The notes beneath the pieces were generated by a model that saw only the letters and a program-made list of their open reading frames with translations, had not been told where the DNA came from and searched no databases. A stretch of DNA of 64,000 nucleotides from the human T2T-CHM13v2.0 reference genome, Homo sapiens, in the NCBI RefSeq assembly GCF_009914755.1, contig NC_060935.1; one strand, written 5' to 3'. A program made the position numbers and the translations under genes. Positions 12,701 to 26,700 of this stretch are shown here, one piece after another. The number at the start of each line of letters is the position of its first letter. The stretch's first letter is position 1.

Positions 12701-15270
12701 TTTAGTTAAGCTCTGATTTTGGTTATTTTTTGTCTTCCACTAGCTTTGGGGTTGGTTTGCTTCTTTTTTTTTAGTTCCTCTGATGTTAGGTTGTCAATGT
12801 GAGATCTTTTTAACTTTTTGATCCTGGTGGTTGTGATATAAACTTTCCCCTTAATGCTGCTTTGGCTGTGTCCCAGAGATCCTGGTATGTTGTATCTTTG
12901 TCCTCATTAGTTTCAAAGAATTTCTTGGTTTCTGCCTTAATATTATTGTTTACCCAAAAGTCATTCAAGAGCAGGTTAATTTCTATGTAATTGTATGGTT
13001 TTGAGCCATCTTCTTAGTACTGATTTCTATTTTTATTGCACTGTGGTCTGAGAGTGTGATTAATATGATTTTGAGGTATTTTTTCTATTTGCTGAGAATT
13101 GCTTTATGGCTGATTGTGTGGTCAATATTACAGTATGTGCCATGTGCTGATGAGAAGAATATATATTCTATTGCTTTTGGGTGGAGAGGTTTGTTAGGTC
13201 CATTTAGTCAAATATTGAGGTCAGGTCCTGAACATCTTTGTTTTCTGCCTCAATGAACTGTCTAATACTGTCAGTGGGCTGTTGAAGTCTACCACTATTA
13301 TTTTGTGGTTATGTCTCTTCATAGGTATCTAACAACTTGTTTTATGAATCTGGGTGCTCCTGTATTGGGTGCATGCATTTAGAAAAATTAGGTTTTCTTG
13401 TTGAATTGAACCTTATACCATTAGGTAATGCCTTTCTTTGTCTTTTTTAATGATTGTTGGTTTGTGTTCTGTTTTGTCTGAAATGGAAGAGCAACACCTG
13501 CTTTTTTCTGCTTTCCATTTGCTTGGTAGATTTTTCCTCCATCCCATTAATTTGAGGCTATGGGTATCATTGCATGTGAGATGGGTCTCTTGAAGACAGC
13601 AAACAGTTGGGTTTTACATATTTATCCAGCTTTCCACTATGTGTCTTACAATTGGGGCATTTAGCCCATTTACATTCAAAGTTAGTATTGATATGTACAG
13701 ATTTGATCCTGTTGTTGTGTTGTTAGTTGATTATTATGCAGACTTGATTATGTAGTTGCTTTATAGCATCAAAGATCTATGTACTTAAGTATACTTTTGT
13801 GGTGACTAGTAATGGTCTTTCCTTTCCATGTTTAGCAGGCCCTTAAGGATCTCTTGTAAGGCAGGTCAGGTGGCAACAAATTTTCTTAGCATTTGCTTAT
13901 CTGTAAAGGTTCTTATTTCTGCTTTGCTTATGTTTTTTGTTTGAAAATTTTTTTCCTTAAAAATTCTTAGTATAGGCTTCCAATCTCTTCTAGACTGTAG
14001 GGTGTTTGCTGAGGGGTCCATTGTTAGCCTGAGGGGATTCCCTTTGTAGGTGACCTACCTCTTCTCACTAGCTGCCTTTAATTTTTTTTTGCATTTTGAT
14101 TTTGGAGAATCTGACCACTATTTGTCTTGGGGATGTTCATCTGGTATAGTACCTTGTAGGGGTTCTCTGCATTTCCTGAATTTGAATGATGGCCTCTCTA
14201 GTGAGGATTGGGGAAATTTTTATGGTCGATATCCTCTAATATGATTTTTCTGTTGCTTGCTCTCTCTCTCTTTCTCTTCCAGGGACATCAGTGAGTCATA
14301 GATGTGTCCCCTTTACATAATCCCATATCTCTCAGAGGTTTTGATCATTATTTTTTATTCTTTTTTCTTTGTATTTGTCAGTATGAGTTAATTTGGAGGA
14401 CTGGTCTTTGAGATCTGAGAGTCTTTCCTCAGCTTGGTCTATTCTGCTGTTTATACTTGAATTATGAAATTCTTGAAGTCAGTTTTTCAAATCTGCTGGA
14501 TCAATTTGATTCTTTGTTAAAATGGCCATTTCATGATCCAGCTTCTATATCATTTTATTACATTCCTTAGATTCCTTGGATTAGGTTTTGACTTCCCCCT
14601 GAATCTCAATGATCTTTGTTCCTACCCATATTTTGAATTCCTTGTCTGTCATTTCAGACATTTCAGCCTGTTTAAGAAACATTGCTGGGGACTAGTACAG
14701 TCATTTGGAGGTAAAAAGACATGATGGCTTTTTGAGTTGCCAAAGTTCTTGAACTGGTTCCTTCTCATCTGTGTGGGCTAATGTTCCTTCAGTTATTGAA
14801 GTTGCTGACCCTTGGATGAGGTTGTTTGCTTTTGTCTTCTTAGATGACCTTGGAGATTGAATTGCGGTATAAGATTGGTTCAGTTGACTAGCTTCATTTC
14901 TGGAAGATTTTAGGGAGCCAAGTCTCGGCTTGGCATTCCTGAGCTATGTGCTCTAACTCTGGGTGGTAGTACTGGGATGATAGTTTTGTTCTCTGGCCCC
15001 TTGATGTTAGGAAACTGCTGCGCTACAGAAACTGAGGTATTTTGGCCTGCTGGCCATAACACGCTGATGTATGGTGCTGGCCAAAGCACTTCATCAGAGT
15101 GGTGGCAGCATGATCTATGCTTTATCTTGTGTGCCAATAGCCATGGCAATGCAGCAGGGTACACATACAGGGCACTGTCAGGAGCAGGGTAGCAATGTTC
15201 CTGCATATCCTCACGCTGTTGGTGATGGCAGTGGGGGTAGGGTGTTTGTGGGGAGGGTTTTGCTGGCTAG
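9694..15270 (-). mobile_element. Old primate L1 (L1PA13-16-like), near full length, ORFs destroyed
   Basis: ORF2 C-terminal peptides on the minus strand (10046-10336, 10395-10808: [18 protein letters not shown]); continuous L1 ORF2/ORF1 similarity; 3'UTR gtaggtaaattgcgtgtc...gtacctgataggtagtt; 5' limit approximate. Confidence 0.85.
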
Positions 15271-15884
15271 ACTAAATTTTTAAGGCACTAAAATGAATAC
15301 TGCATTTCAAGATGAATAAAAGCAAATTGAGTCAAGAAAAACCCATTTATTTCCAGTTTATCTGCTATAGTTCTTACTAAAATGAAATAAATCAAACCAG
15401 TAGTATTTCAAATCAAGAATGGTCAATTAGATAAATAAACAAGTTTACTGACTTTACTGAATTCTCATGTTCTTCTGCATCTTGTTTAAAATATTTTCTC
15501 CTACCATCTTTTTAGTGTTCAACCCTTTGTGCTTATTAGTTTGAATGTCTAAATATTCTTCATGAGTTATACCTGTAAGATATATCTGGAAAGTGGCAAT
15601 GGACATATTCAAAATTGTGCATTGATGTGCTACTTTTAGAATCAGAAGATACTATCCGTGTAGTAGTTTAGGAAGAGAAGAAAGTACGTATCTCATAAAA
15701 TGTATTTTTATTTATATTCCTGATTATATTATTCAAAGTGATTAAATTGTTCAATCAATAGTGTATTCAAAAGGCATATAATCTAGGGCATTTGTGCTAA
15801 GGAGTACTGTTGAGATTTTAATGCAATTTTGGAGGATGGGAATTTAGTCAATTAGCATGTTTACCTGAAAAAAGAAAATTAGGA

Positions 15885-15998
15885 TGTTGGAAAAGAAAGA
15901 AGAAAAACAGAAAAGAGGAAAGGAAGAAGAGAAGGCACAAGAAAGGAGAGGGAAGGTGAGACAGAAGGAAGAAAGAAAGGAAACAGGAAAGGAAGGAA
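15885..15998. repeat. GA-rich low-complexity tract
   Basis: Nearly pure purine run (gaaaagaaagaagaaaaacagaaaagaggaaaggaag...). Confidence 0.8.
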
Positions 15999-15999
15999 T

Positions 16000-16210
16000 A
16001 TTCATTATACTCCTACTTTGTGTCAAGCATTTTTACTAGCATTTAACTATCAGCCTGATCCTGAAATATAAGTATTAGCTCCATTTTACAAATGAAATTG
16101 AAGATCAGAAAAGGATTGCTTAATTTCATAATTAACATCACCTGTAAGAAATTGAACTGAGGTTTAAACTCAGTAGTATCTGGCTTCAAAGCCTGTGCTT
16201 TTCCCATGAT
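16000..16210 (-). mobile_element. MIR
   Basis: ctccattttacaaatgaaattgaagatcagaaa...ggtttaaactcagtagtatctggcttcaaagcctgtgct. Confidence 0.65.
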
Positions 16211-17189
16211 ATCATACAATAATTCTACACATTGCCTAAAGGTTCTATGAGCTTTTCCCTGTGATTTATTGAAGTAACTTAATCTAGCTTTTTCCTAGTT
16301 CATTTCAGATTGCCTGCTACATGGTAGACTTCTAATAAACATTTGTTAACTAAAGGAATGAATGAATGAATGATTCCCAAAAACAGAAGAAAGAAATGGT
16401 AAAATGTGCTTCCTTTTGTTCTTAGAAAGGAAATAAAATAAGGAAGACATCAGAAGGTGGGAACTATATTTTGCTCTATTTTGACCCAGGACTGGTTTGA
16501 ATTTAGTTCAATGGTTAGTGCTTAGAACATTTTGAATTTAGTTGAAGGTCTGAGTTCAGACTTGTTATCATCAAGAAGTGTGATTTAGGCTCAGATGATC
16601 TCTAACATGGAAAGAACAAACAAAACAAGAGTCAAGTTTAAACCAGGGACTAATTTGTGGAAATTCTTCTGCTCTAGGAAAGTTCAAAGTGTGGCAGTAC
16701 ATACTGAGGCCTTAGTGGATTATCACAGACCACATTCCTACTACAAGATTTACTCTCAAATAAACATGGATTCCAAGGTCTCTTTCAGACTTGGAGTTAG
16801 ACTTCCCAAACATTTGTCTCATGTATTTTGAAGCCTCATCTCTTGGACCAAGCTGAATCTCTCAGGATGCAGACCTGATATTTTATCAGGTACTCATTGG
16901 CAACTGAACCATCAAACATTCATACTGTGCATCATACAAATAGATAACAGGGAGGCAGCAGGTGGTGTTTGGTTTGTTAGTTGATATTAATGGGAAATTT
17001 ATTTGGCAATTGCATTAATCATAAGATTTGGCATAGCAAGTAGCAGAGTTCCAACTAAAATCACCTTCAACAATAAAAGGAATGTTAGCAAATATTCAGT
17101 CTAGCAATATGGTGAAACATGATCCAGTAGCTCAAAGAAGTCAAGAAAGATCCAGTTTTTTCTGTCTTCCTATTCTATCTTCCATAGTA

Positions 17190-20100
17190 TTGGCTTCTGT
17201 GTATAAAATGCATAGCTATACACTAAAATTTTTAGCTCTTTCTCCTGATGACACCACTGGATTGTATGTATTTCCTAGCCTTCCTTATAGGTAAATTTGT
17301 GCATGTCTCTAAAGTCTGGCCAGGAGACAGTGGGCAAAATTTTGTTTACTTCCACGTCTAGCCTATGTGTGTTTCTTGATGCTATCTCCTTCCGCAAACT
17401 GATGAAGAAAGGCACCACAATCCTAGAAACTGTACGTGGCAAGCCCAGGTTCAAGCCAGTTGCAGGAAAGCCACTGCCAATGATGAATACCTATTTAAAC
17501 TTTATGTAAAAGGGAAATAAATTGTTATGCTGTTTGAGCCATTACATTACTTTACTGACTTACATTAAAATATTGATACCAGAAGTGGAATGATGCCTCA
17601 AGAACAACCTAAACTTTATAGGACTGGTTTAGTTATAGTTGGATTAATAATAGAATATGCTGAAAAAAATAGTGATCTATGTTATACAATAGAAAAATAA
17701 TTTAATAAAGCAAATGCTTCAGTAATGTAGAAGGTAGACTATGAGCCTGTAACATTAGGAAAAGTGATTGAAAAGATACACAATGTGAATATGTGTTGCT
17801 ACTATTTGTTGCTTTGCTGACAAATCATTGGAAGAAAGAGATTAGCCTATTTAAAAGTCAGTTTTCAGTCAGAATTGAAAGACAATATATAGATTCCAGA
17901 ATTTAGGACCTAAAGGGAAGGGGAAAGATGATTAATTCTAGACTTGAAACAGTAAAAGATAAGATTATAAATAGGCTTTGAGCAACAATGGCCAAATAGT
18001 GTGTATTATTGCTACAAACTATTTCAAATGGTTTCCAGTTAACTATCATTATTGTGAATGGCAGATATGCGGATGATAAATCAAAAATAAAAATGAATCA
18101 GGCTTTAGAACTATATCTAGAAATAAACTTTATTCTGGAGAATGCTCCATGTACCCTTGAGAACAATGTATACTCTGCTGATGTTTGGTGGAATGTTCTG
18201 TATACATCTGTCATGACCATTTGGTCTATAGTGCTCTTCGAGTTTCCTGTTTTCTTACTGGTTTTCTGTCTGGATGTTCTATGTATTATTGAAAATGGGG
18301 TGAAATCTCCTATTTTTATTGTATTGCTGTCTATTTTTCCCTTTAGATCTATAAATAAATATTTGCTTTATATATTTAAGTGCTATGATATTAGGTCCAT
18401 ATGTATTTATAATTGTTATATCTTCTTAATTGACCCTTTTTTATTATATAATAGCCCTCTCTGTCTTTTATGACTGTTTTTAACTTTAAATCTATTTTTT
18501 GCCCTCTAAGAGGGCAAAAGCCATTCCTGCCCTCTTTTGGTTACTATTTACATGAAATATCTTTTTCCATCCCTTCACTGTCAGTCTGTGTGTCCTTAAA
18601 TCTAAGGCGAATCTCTTGTAGAGAGCACTGGATCTGGTTTTATCCATTAAGCCATTCTATGGCTTTTGATTGGGGAGTTTAATCCATTTCCATTTAAAGT
18701 AATTATTGATAGATAAGGACTTGCCAGTGCCATTCTGTTCCTTGTTTTCTGTCTGTTTTTGTAGTTCTTTTGCTCCCCTTTTCTTATCTTACAGTCTTCC
18801 AGATTTTTAAGCCTTGACTGGTCAAGGCATTTTTTTTTTTTTGTATTCGTTCATGGCTTCTTTAGCAATTCAATTTCCTCAAAATATAGTAAACTTATTT
18901 GCTTCCAGATAGTTTCATCTGCCTATAAACATACTAAAAAAATTTTTTTAAAAAAATAAGCTCACTTTATTGAAGTATAATTGATACACAAAAAGCTATA
19001 CATATTTAATATATACAACGATTAAGTTGTTATTAGCTTAAAATAGGCTGTTATAAATATATCACCATGAAAGGTGCTGGAGAAATTAATAGGAAATACT
19101 CAGACAGAGAAGTCAGCCTGAAGAAAACGGAGTGAAAAAGTTCTTTTCAGAAGGCAAAATAAAAGTCAAATCAAGGAATTTTCTCCATTTATTAGGAGAG
19201 TGGGACTTCACAATTCTTGCCTGGCAGGATTTTCATCATTGTTGTGCACTACTGACTGTAGTAGAAATCCTACTGTTTACTTTTTCTTTTTAATTATCCT
19301 ATCCCTGCTCCAATACTATTTATTGAGTGGATATAGAGGAGAAAATAAGTAATTTTTGCTTCAAATGCTGTGGGATTATTAGAGATAATAATCAGGCTTG
19401 ATGAAGAGAAGAGGATAGTACTGGAAGATCATAAATAACTGTATGTGACTACAGGTTGTCTCCCATGAGATGAAATGAGTATCTTGTACTTTGTGGGAGG
19501 AGAGGTAAAATATATGTTTGATGCCTATAAAGGCACAATGTGTTAGAGACTGGCTAGCCATTTACCAAAAAGCATTTCCTATTTTTTCCTGTAATTACAG
19601 TTTGAGTATTTTTTCCCGTTGACCTTTCAGTCAGGTGCAGCCATGTGATTAAGATCTGGCCAGCAAAATGTGGCAGAAGTTAGCAACCACTTTTAGACTT
19701 GACTCACAGAAAGTACTCACATGTGATTCTTCATGTGGATCATGTGGCTCTTTCTTTTTCTATGGCTTGACAGAAATGAGCATAGAGATCATGCAAGCTG
19801 TATGTTGAGAATGGAGGAGCCACAAGATATAAGGAGACTGGGCACTTCTGCTTCTAACTAGAGTGGGAGAAAGGGCATAGATATATCTTCCTTTCTGAAA
19901 CAATGAATAAATTTTACAAAATATTTGAAGCAATAGTTTTCTATGTATTAGACATATAAGTCAGATATTGAAGGATAGTTAGTAATCCTTAAAAAACAAC
20001 ACACAAGTGGGTCCTACAACTTTTCCAGGTTACTGCCTTGAGAGAATTTGCAAGATGCAGCTCAGGGAGTAGGAACCCAAGCAGATTCCAGCATATTTTC

Positions 20101-20535
20101 TAAAATGAGGCATCAGATATAAGTCTGGGAGGGACCCAGGCAGATGGAGTTCACAAAACAGCATAATAGAAAGGAAAGTGCTGCACAGAAAGAGAACTAA
20201 GGAGATATGCAGAGGGTACACCTTAAGTGTTCAGCAAAGTACTGATCAGCAAATGTGTGTGAGAAGACTATCTGGGGCTGGAAAAAAAGAATAATCTATA
20301 ATGATCTAGAATGTTCACATGTAAATATATACTTCAAAAGTTTTCTAATTTGTCTATTTCAAATATATGCAGTTTGTTGCACATCAATTATAATTCCATA
20401 AAGTTGTTTTTAAAAATGTAAGGCTCTTGTATCCCTGAAAATAAAAAAAGCAATCAAAAACTTGGAATTTATTTAAATTAGAAATAAACCATATTGTTTT
20501 TGAGTCATTTTTGTTTGTTATAGCCTAACTAATAT
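17190..20535 (+). mobile_element. Ancient MLT1-family provirus remnant (LTR-internal-LTR) with nested L1 fragments
   Basis: LTR-like ~17190-17563; MaLR internal start aaaatattgataccagaagtgg at ~17567; second LTR-like ~19539-19845 (ggtgcagccatgtgattaagatctggccagcaaaatgtggcagaagt) whose 3' end resumes at ~20480-20535; boundaries approximate. Confidence 0.55.
18126..18800 (-). mobile_element. L1M ORF2 endonuclease-region fragment
   Basis: attctggagaatgctccatgtacccttgagaacaatgtatactctgctg...ttaatccatttccatttaaagtaattattga is typical antisense L1 ORF2 5' sequence. Confidence 0.75.
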
Positions 20536-23500
20536 AGCTTCCTATTAAAGCTAATCCCAAGACTTTATGGCCCTATGATATCAACCTGCAGGAACTAACA
20601 GTATCTGCTTTCTTATTCATGTCCAGTAAGACAAAGTGCCTTTTTCATAGATTCCATAGAACAAAGATAATTTTTATTTAATTTTCCAAAGCCCCCATTA
20701 ATGTTCTTTTTGTATTTTATTAATCTAAATTGGTTTATGTGACAGTGTCTGAGTGAATCATGGTCAATGCCATCATAGGCAATTGTGTAGGTCATGCTTT
20801 GAAATGGAGCACTCAACCATGGGGGAAAAAATGAGGGCTTAAAATCAGCATGCGCCCTGCTTACCGAACTATGCAATCTGGTGCTGAGCTACAGTTACCT
20901 GGAAAGAATGGGAAACTTTCTGTAATTTGCATGGAGCTGCCAGCTGCCATATATCTTTGTTTAGGCTCCAATCCTGGTGGTTAAGCAGATAGACATTTGT
21001 TGGAAAAGAGAAGGAAACTGAGTGCTAGCTAGGGATGAGTGGAACCAGAAAATTACTACAACAACAACATATGATTGTGGATATGGATATTGTTCATTTA
21101 CTGTATTTCAAGTTGTCCTTTCAGATACCCTGGATGAAAGGAATCTCTCACTTATCTGAAGTCTTCTACAACTTTATGTTATAAAACTCTCACAGTGTTT
21201 ATAACTCCCGACCTTTAATTATAATTAATTGCATGTGTGTAACAAATTAGGAATACAACATAAAGAGAGGCAAGAATTGGATGACTATGTGAAACAAAAA
21301 TGTTTTGGAGGACCAAATAGAGACAGGGAATTCTTTTGGCCAACACAGAAAAAGCTGGCATAATAAGAAAGGGTTCCAGTAATCTTTATGTTTCGAGAGG
21401 AAAGTACTTAGGTGGCGAATGCTACTATGCTACCTGTGCTTTTCTCAAGTCAAGAAATAAAGTGACTTCTTGATCATACAGTGTATTATATATAGCAATG
21501 ACCAACAGTGGGAAGATGTCTTGATGGAGACACTACCCAGTGAGGTTTCCTAGACACTTCCAAGACGCAGCAGTAAAGTCCCATTAAATCTGGGAGACAA
21601 AACACAGGAGTAAATGAGTCATCTGCAGAACCAAATTAAAAATTAATTTTCCAACAGATTTCTGTGCTCTGGTTTGCTTTTGGGTTTATGATCAGTTTGG
21701 TGCTATGTGATGGTTAAAAGTTATCAGAGCACCATGTTAACAGAGGCATGCTAAACTCAAATGGACTTGTGCCAAAACAGTCAGTTCAGATTGCAAGCAA
21801 ATATGTTGGGCGAACCATTTGTTTGTTTCTACCAACTTGTACAAGCTCACTGGCAAAATGTACAGTAGTAAATATAAAATGAAGAAATATTTGTTAAATG
21901 GCCCTTTAATTTTTCCATTATTATATTTTATTATGCATCGTTAATTTAATTGGTCCACTAAAATAATATTTTCATAGTTACAAAAAATGTTTCTGTTAAA
22001 AAAGAAATTAAAATGATAGTAATAATGGAAAATATACACAGAATAGCCTAGGCAGTACAAGAGAACAAAATTAAGTCCACAAAAAGTAAAGCATAAGACA
22101 AGAAAATGCATGTTTGTACTATTGAATTCAATATTGACATTTAAATGTCAAACAGTGACATTTATATAACATTTAATTAATATATTGATTTTAATTAAGT
22201 AAGTCCTAGATTTATGTATTTAATTTAGAAATGTGTTTCGGTTTGTTTAGTTCTAAAATAATACATGAGTTTATACCTACTCTTTCTTATTCTTATACAT
22301 ATCTTAGTAACATAACAAATATCAGTTAACACTAGTAATAGATAAATTTTTTTTCATTTTAAGAAAGGTCTATATTTTACTCAAGTTTGAGAAACAATCT
22401 TACATAGAAGCTTTTTCTTAATTAAGTGTGTGGCAAGAGGGGTTCCTTTACATTTTTGAAATGCCCAACTTTTGAAGGGAAAAGTACCAGAAGATGTAGG
22501 ATCCAGGAGAAAGAAGAATGGGGTAAGGAGGATGGAGATATACCATCTAAAAATTTCTCAGTCAATAAAAAAACTCCAGTAATGGAGACACTTCAGAGGT
22601 GGCAATGCTTTTTTTTCTCTGCCCTAGACTCTAATGGCCCTAAGGAAGTATTCATATCTGATTAGTGACTATCTTCACTGTATTTAACCATATATATTAA
22701 TTTCGGTAAACACCATTGCAAAATTGGCCAAAATTAAGGAAGTGACAAATTAGTCCACAAGCCCAAACATAGTTCAATGTAACAAAATTTATTGAGCATG
22801 TACTTAGAACAGTTACTATTCTGTGGATATACTAATGAAAATAATATAATGTATTCCCATGAATAATCACTGAGACAGACATGTATATGAATTGTAAAAT
22901 AATACGACAAAAATATATATTTATTTATATATGTAATTTTTTAATATATCTATAAATTGTTCAGAGGATGAAATGATTAACTTCAGAGATGTAGCAGTGG
23001 AGATAGGAGGGTCAAGGAAGCCTTTACAAAGGAAATGATTGGATTCAGTTTTAAATGCTGAAAAAAATTTTCTAACAGAATAGGTAGGGAGATTATTCTA
23101 GGCAGAAGGGATGGCACATGCTTTCGGAAAATAAGAGCCAGATTAAAAAGAAAATCTAACTGTACAGGTTGTAAATTTTGTAACAGAATAAGCTACCTAG
23201 AAAAGTAAAATATGTTTACTGGGACCAAATTTGTATTTGAATGTACCTAGTTTAATGTATGAAACTTATTTAACTAGAATCATCTTCTTCCTAAAACCAA
23301 AGAAGGAAAAATTATATCACAAAGTGTTCTTATATGAACTATGGAGTTAACATTAAGTTTTTACACTTCATCTGGTTACCTTGATTGGTAGTTTGATCAC
23401 AGTTTGCCTTATATCCTGCAATAAAATTGTGGTGGTTAAATAGGCTCACTGCAATAAGGCAGACATGGGTCTTAAAGCATGCGAGTAGTGAATACAGTTA

Positions 23501-25094
23501 AGCTAACTCTCAGATAATTTTATCTTTTACCATGTCCTTGAAATTACTCAGCAAGGTTTTAAATTGTCTACATTGAAACTGAGATGAATATGTTTTGATA
23601 GACCTCTAGTAAAGAAAAAGAGAGCCATACTAAAATGTCATACCTGGGAAGTACTATATTTTATTAATCAGGTGACAGTGATATTCCTTTAGATCTAATA
23701 GCTGGAACAATGAAGCTGAAAATGGCAACATTATGCTAAATTTAAGGACTTATAAGTGATAGTCAAATGTTTGTGGCAGAAGAATTGGGGTATTGAATTC
23801 AGATTTCTTAGATGAGTCAACAGGAGTTTCTTGCTCTCTCATTGGGAGTGTCCTCCCCTCCTTCTGTGATTTGTTGTATCATCAAACACTGGTTGCTTTC
23901 CCACAGGGGACTCATTCTGTTTTTAGTTAGTTTCAGTCCTCATCTACTACCCACTCCTCCCTCCATTCAACATTCATAGCCACCCTAGCACCATCTGCCT
24001 TGAAGCTTTTCAGAATGAATTCCACTGTGCCTTCATTCCTGTTCCTATTAGTCACCTCTCAAAGCTCAGGACCTCCAGGTCATTTGCTGTCTCCTGGACT
24101 CTCAACTTCTAATAGGGCTGTATTCTCTCATCTGATCCCATTTCTCACCTAGGCCTCAACTTTTGAAACCCTTCCACTTTGTCCTCAATAACCTATGTCT
24201 AGTCCTCTACTTTCTTAATATTGCCTCTGAACAGTCTCTACATCTTCTGGAAACTGACTTTTGCTAAGACCCTTCTTCCCCTATGGATCTCTAACATACC
24301 AGTACAATTGTGAGTTCAATATGTAGTTGGTAGTTGAGAGAAAGTAATACTCCAGAAGGAAACTTCCAGAATGATTTCCTTCAACCTGCAGGCAAATGAG
24401 CTTCGTTGGCCATGTAATTACTAAAGGAGATGCTATTCAACTTTTAAAATGCATTTTATGCTGCAAGTGGAACAGAAGAGACTACAGAGAAACTTCGAGT
24501 TATAATCTCCTTTTTCTTTCCAGTAAGACCATGATTTCAAAAAGAATCTTTGGTATGGTTCAAAGAGCCTAGGTTTGTACTTACTTTCAGAGGTTTAAAG
24601 GCTGGCCCTTCAACCTTCTACTTGTGTGACTATAATGTAAAATTACCAACCCATTACAGCCCGAATTGTCTTAGTTTTATAACGTATAGGATATCTTTGA
24701 AACTGTGAAAATTCAGTTAGATAATTTACCTGAAGATGATTGATTAAAAAATGTATGTTTAATAAATGACATTGCTTTCTCTATTTTAGGGACTGAATGA
24801 ATACATGTCTAAGAAGACTTTGTTTAGGGGAAAGGTGTTCATGACCATACTTTAAACACCATATTTCTATATATCTTACAAAAGTAATTAGTATAAGGGG
24901 AAGTCATCCCACTTTTCAGATTGTTCAGGTAATTCCATGTTGTAATTTTTTAAAAAACTTCACATTTGTATACTATTTTTTACTATCCAAAGCCCTTTCA
25001 TGTATATTATTTTTCATAACTCTGCAAATATTAATTCATGTTTACAGATGAACAGACCTAATTTTAAAGAAACCATTTTTTTGCTTTTATTATT

Positions 25095-25430
25095 ATTTTT
25101 GACTCATAATTGTACATATTTTGGGGTACAGTGTGATATTTTAATGCATAGGTACAATATGTAATGATCAAATCAGGGTACATGGAATATTCATTACCTC
25201 AAGCATTTTTCTTTTTTGTGCGTGTTGGGAACATTCAACATCTGCTCTGCTAGCTATTTGAAAATATATAATTCATTGTTGTTAATTATAGTCATGCTAC
25301 AAATGCTAAAGAATGCTAGAACTTATTCAACTTATCTAACTGTAAATTTTGTATTTATTAACCAATCTTTGACTATCTCTCCCTCTTACTTTTCCCAGCC
25401 TCCAGTAGCCACTATTCTACTCTTTACTCT
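25095..25430 (-). mobile_element. L1MA-type 3' end fragment
   Basis: ataattgtacatattttggggtacagtgtgatatttt...taatgatcaaatcagggta...ttcccagcctccagtagccactattctactct. Confidence 0.8.
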
Positions 25431-26214
25431 AAGGTATCACTTTAATTTCACAATGAGAATAATGTCTTTAGATAAAATGCTTTTCGTGATTATATCTCTG
25501 AATACAAGAAATTCCCAAACTCAATAAATGATTTATGAAACTAGGGGAAATTTAATTTAATAAATGTAGTTTAACTTTTAAAAATCAATTTTAACATTTA
25601 ATCAGTTTAACTTTTAAAAATCAATAAAGCAGGATTTCCACTTTTAAAAAACAAGCCTTGAAAAAGTTAAATAAATTATACCAGTCCTAATTTTAAAGAC
25701 ATCAAGAGACTGTGAAAACAACAAAGACTAAATTAAAATTTTAGAGAAAGGAGTGCCTTTGGAAAGGGAGCTGATAATCTTATGTTATTTTTCCTCGAAG
25801 GGCATTTGCCCAGTCTGAGACCAAGGTAAGGACTGAAGTTGGTTCTGGCCCAGAACCTCCAGTGGGGAAATAGAAACCAGTAAGCTTGTGGCAGTCAAAC
25901 AAGACTGGTTTAAAACAAATCGGGAACTTGAGAGACCTCAAGAGCCATTGTGGGATAGTTCTTTAATTCTGGGGCTTCACAAAGGCTGGAAGTTATGCAA
26001 CAGATTGCACAAGGGAAAATGAAAGCTTCCCTTAGGTGAAAGTTGGAGAAGAGGAAAACTTTAGTTTCAAATGATTTTCACAGTTTTATTTTTCAAAATG
26101 GACATTTTGATTACTACACTGAAACTATTCTTGGAACTAATGTTTTATTATCTGGAATGGGAATGGGATAGTCCCTGGAATGGGATAGTCATAAGATCTG
26201 ATATAATTTTTAGG

Positions 26215-26700
26215 TGGAACAGGGATGAAACAGCTGCATAATTGTACGAATGGATGGAAGTGGGAAAGAGGGTTGTTTCATTGGTACCCTGTCAGAGACT
26301 AGCAAGATGCAGATCAATCCCATTTCTTCCTCCAGGGAAGAGAGCAAAAATGATTTCTCAGCTTCTTTTGCAGTTGGTTTGGGGTCATGTGACTGATATC
26401 TGGCCAATAAAATGTGGAGGGTGGTATACCACTATGTAGGCCTGGCTATTAACTGCCTCAATTATTCCTTATCTAATTTTGTTCTGACCTTATTGCTAGA
26501 AGTGAATGATTCTGAGATTCTAGATCTGCATAATGTAAATCAATATGCTTGAATCATCTAGAAGTTAGCACACCCAAAATCCATAGCAAATCACCTGAAC
26601 CTCTGCAGATTATAACATTAGCAAAAAATAAAAATTTATTATTTTAATCCACTGCAATTTGAGTTTGTTTCCTACAGAAGCTAGAGTTAATTTTCCTCAT
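26215..26700 (+). mobile_element. MLT1-family solo LTR (degenerate)
   Basis: atttctcagcttcttttgcagttggtttggggtcatgtgactgatatctggccaataaaatgtggagg...ttttaatccactgcaatttgagtttgtt. Confidence 0.55.

Noticed and set aside
16495-16563. tRNA-like sequence with A-box (tagttcaatgg) and B-box (gagttcagac) resemblance
   Set aside because: No consistent cloverleaf pairing; at best a decayed tRNA-derived SINE head, not supportable without tRNAscan or Dfam.
18009-18473. 154-aa hydrophobic, membrane-like ORF
   Set aside because: Mostly the antisense strand of an L1 ORF2 fragment; T-richness yields spurious hydrophobic ORFs.
26152-26190. Short duplication ggaatgggatagtc
   Set aside because: Ordinary micro-duplication with no further structure.
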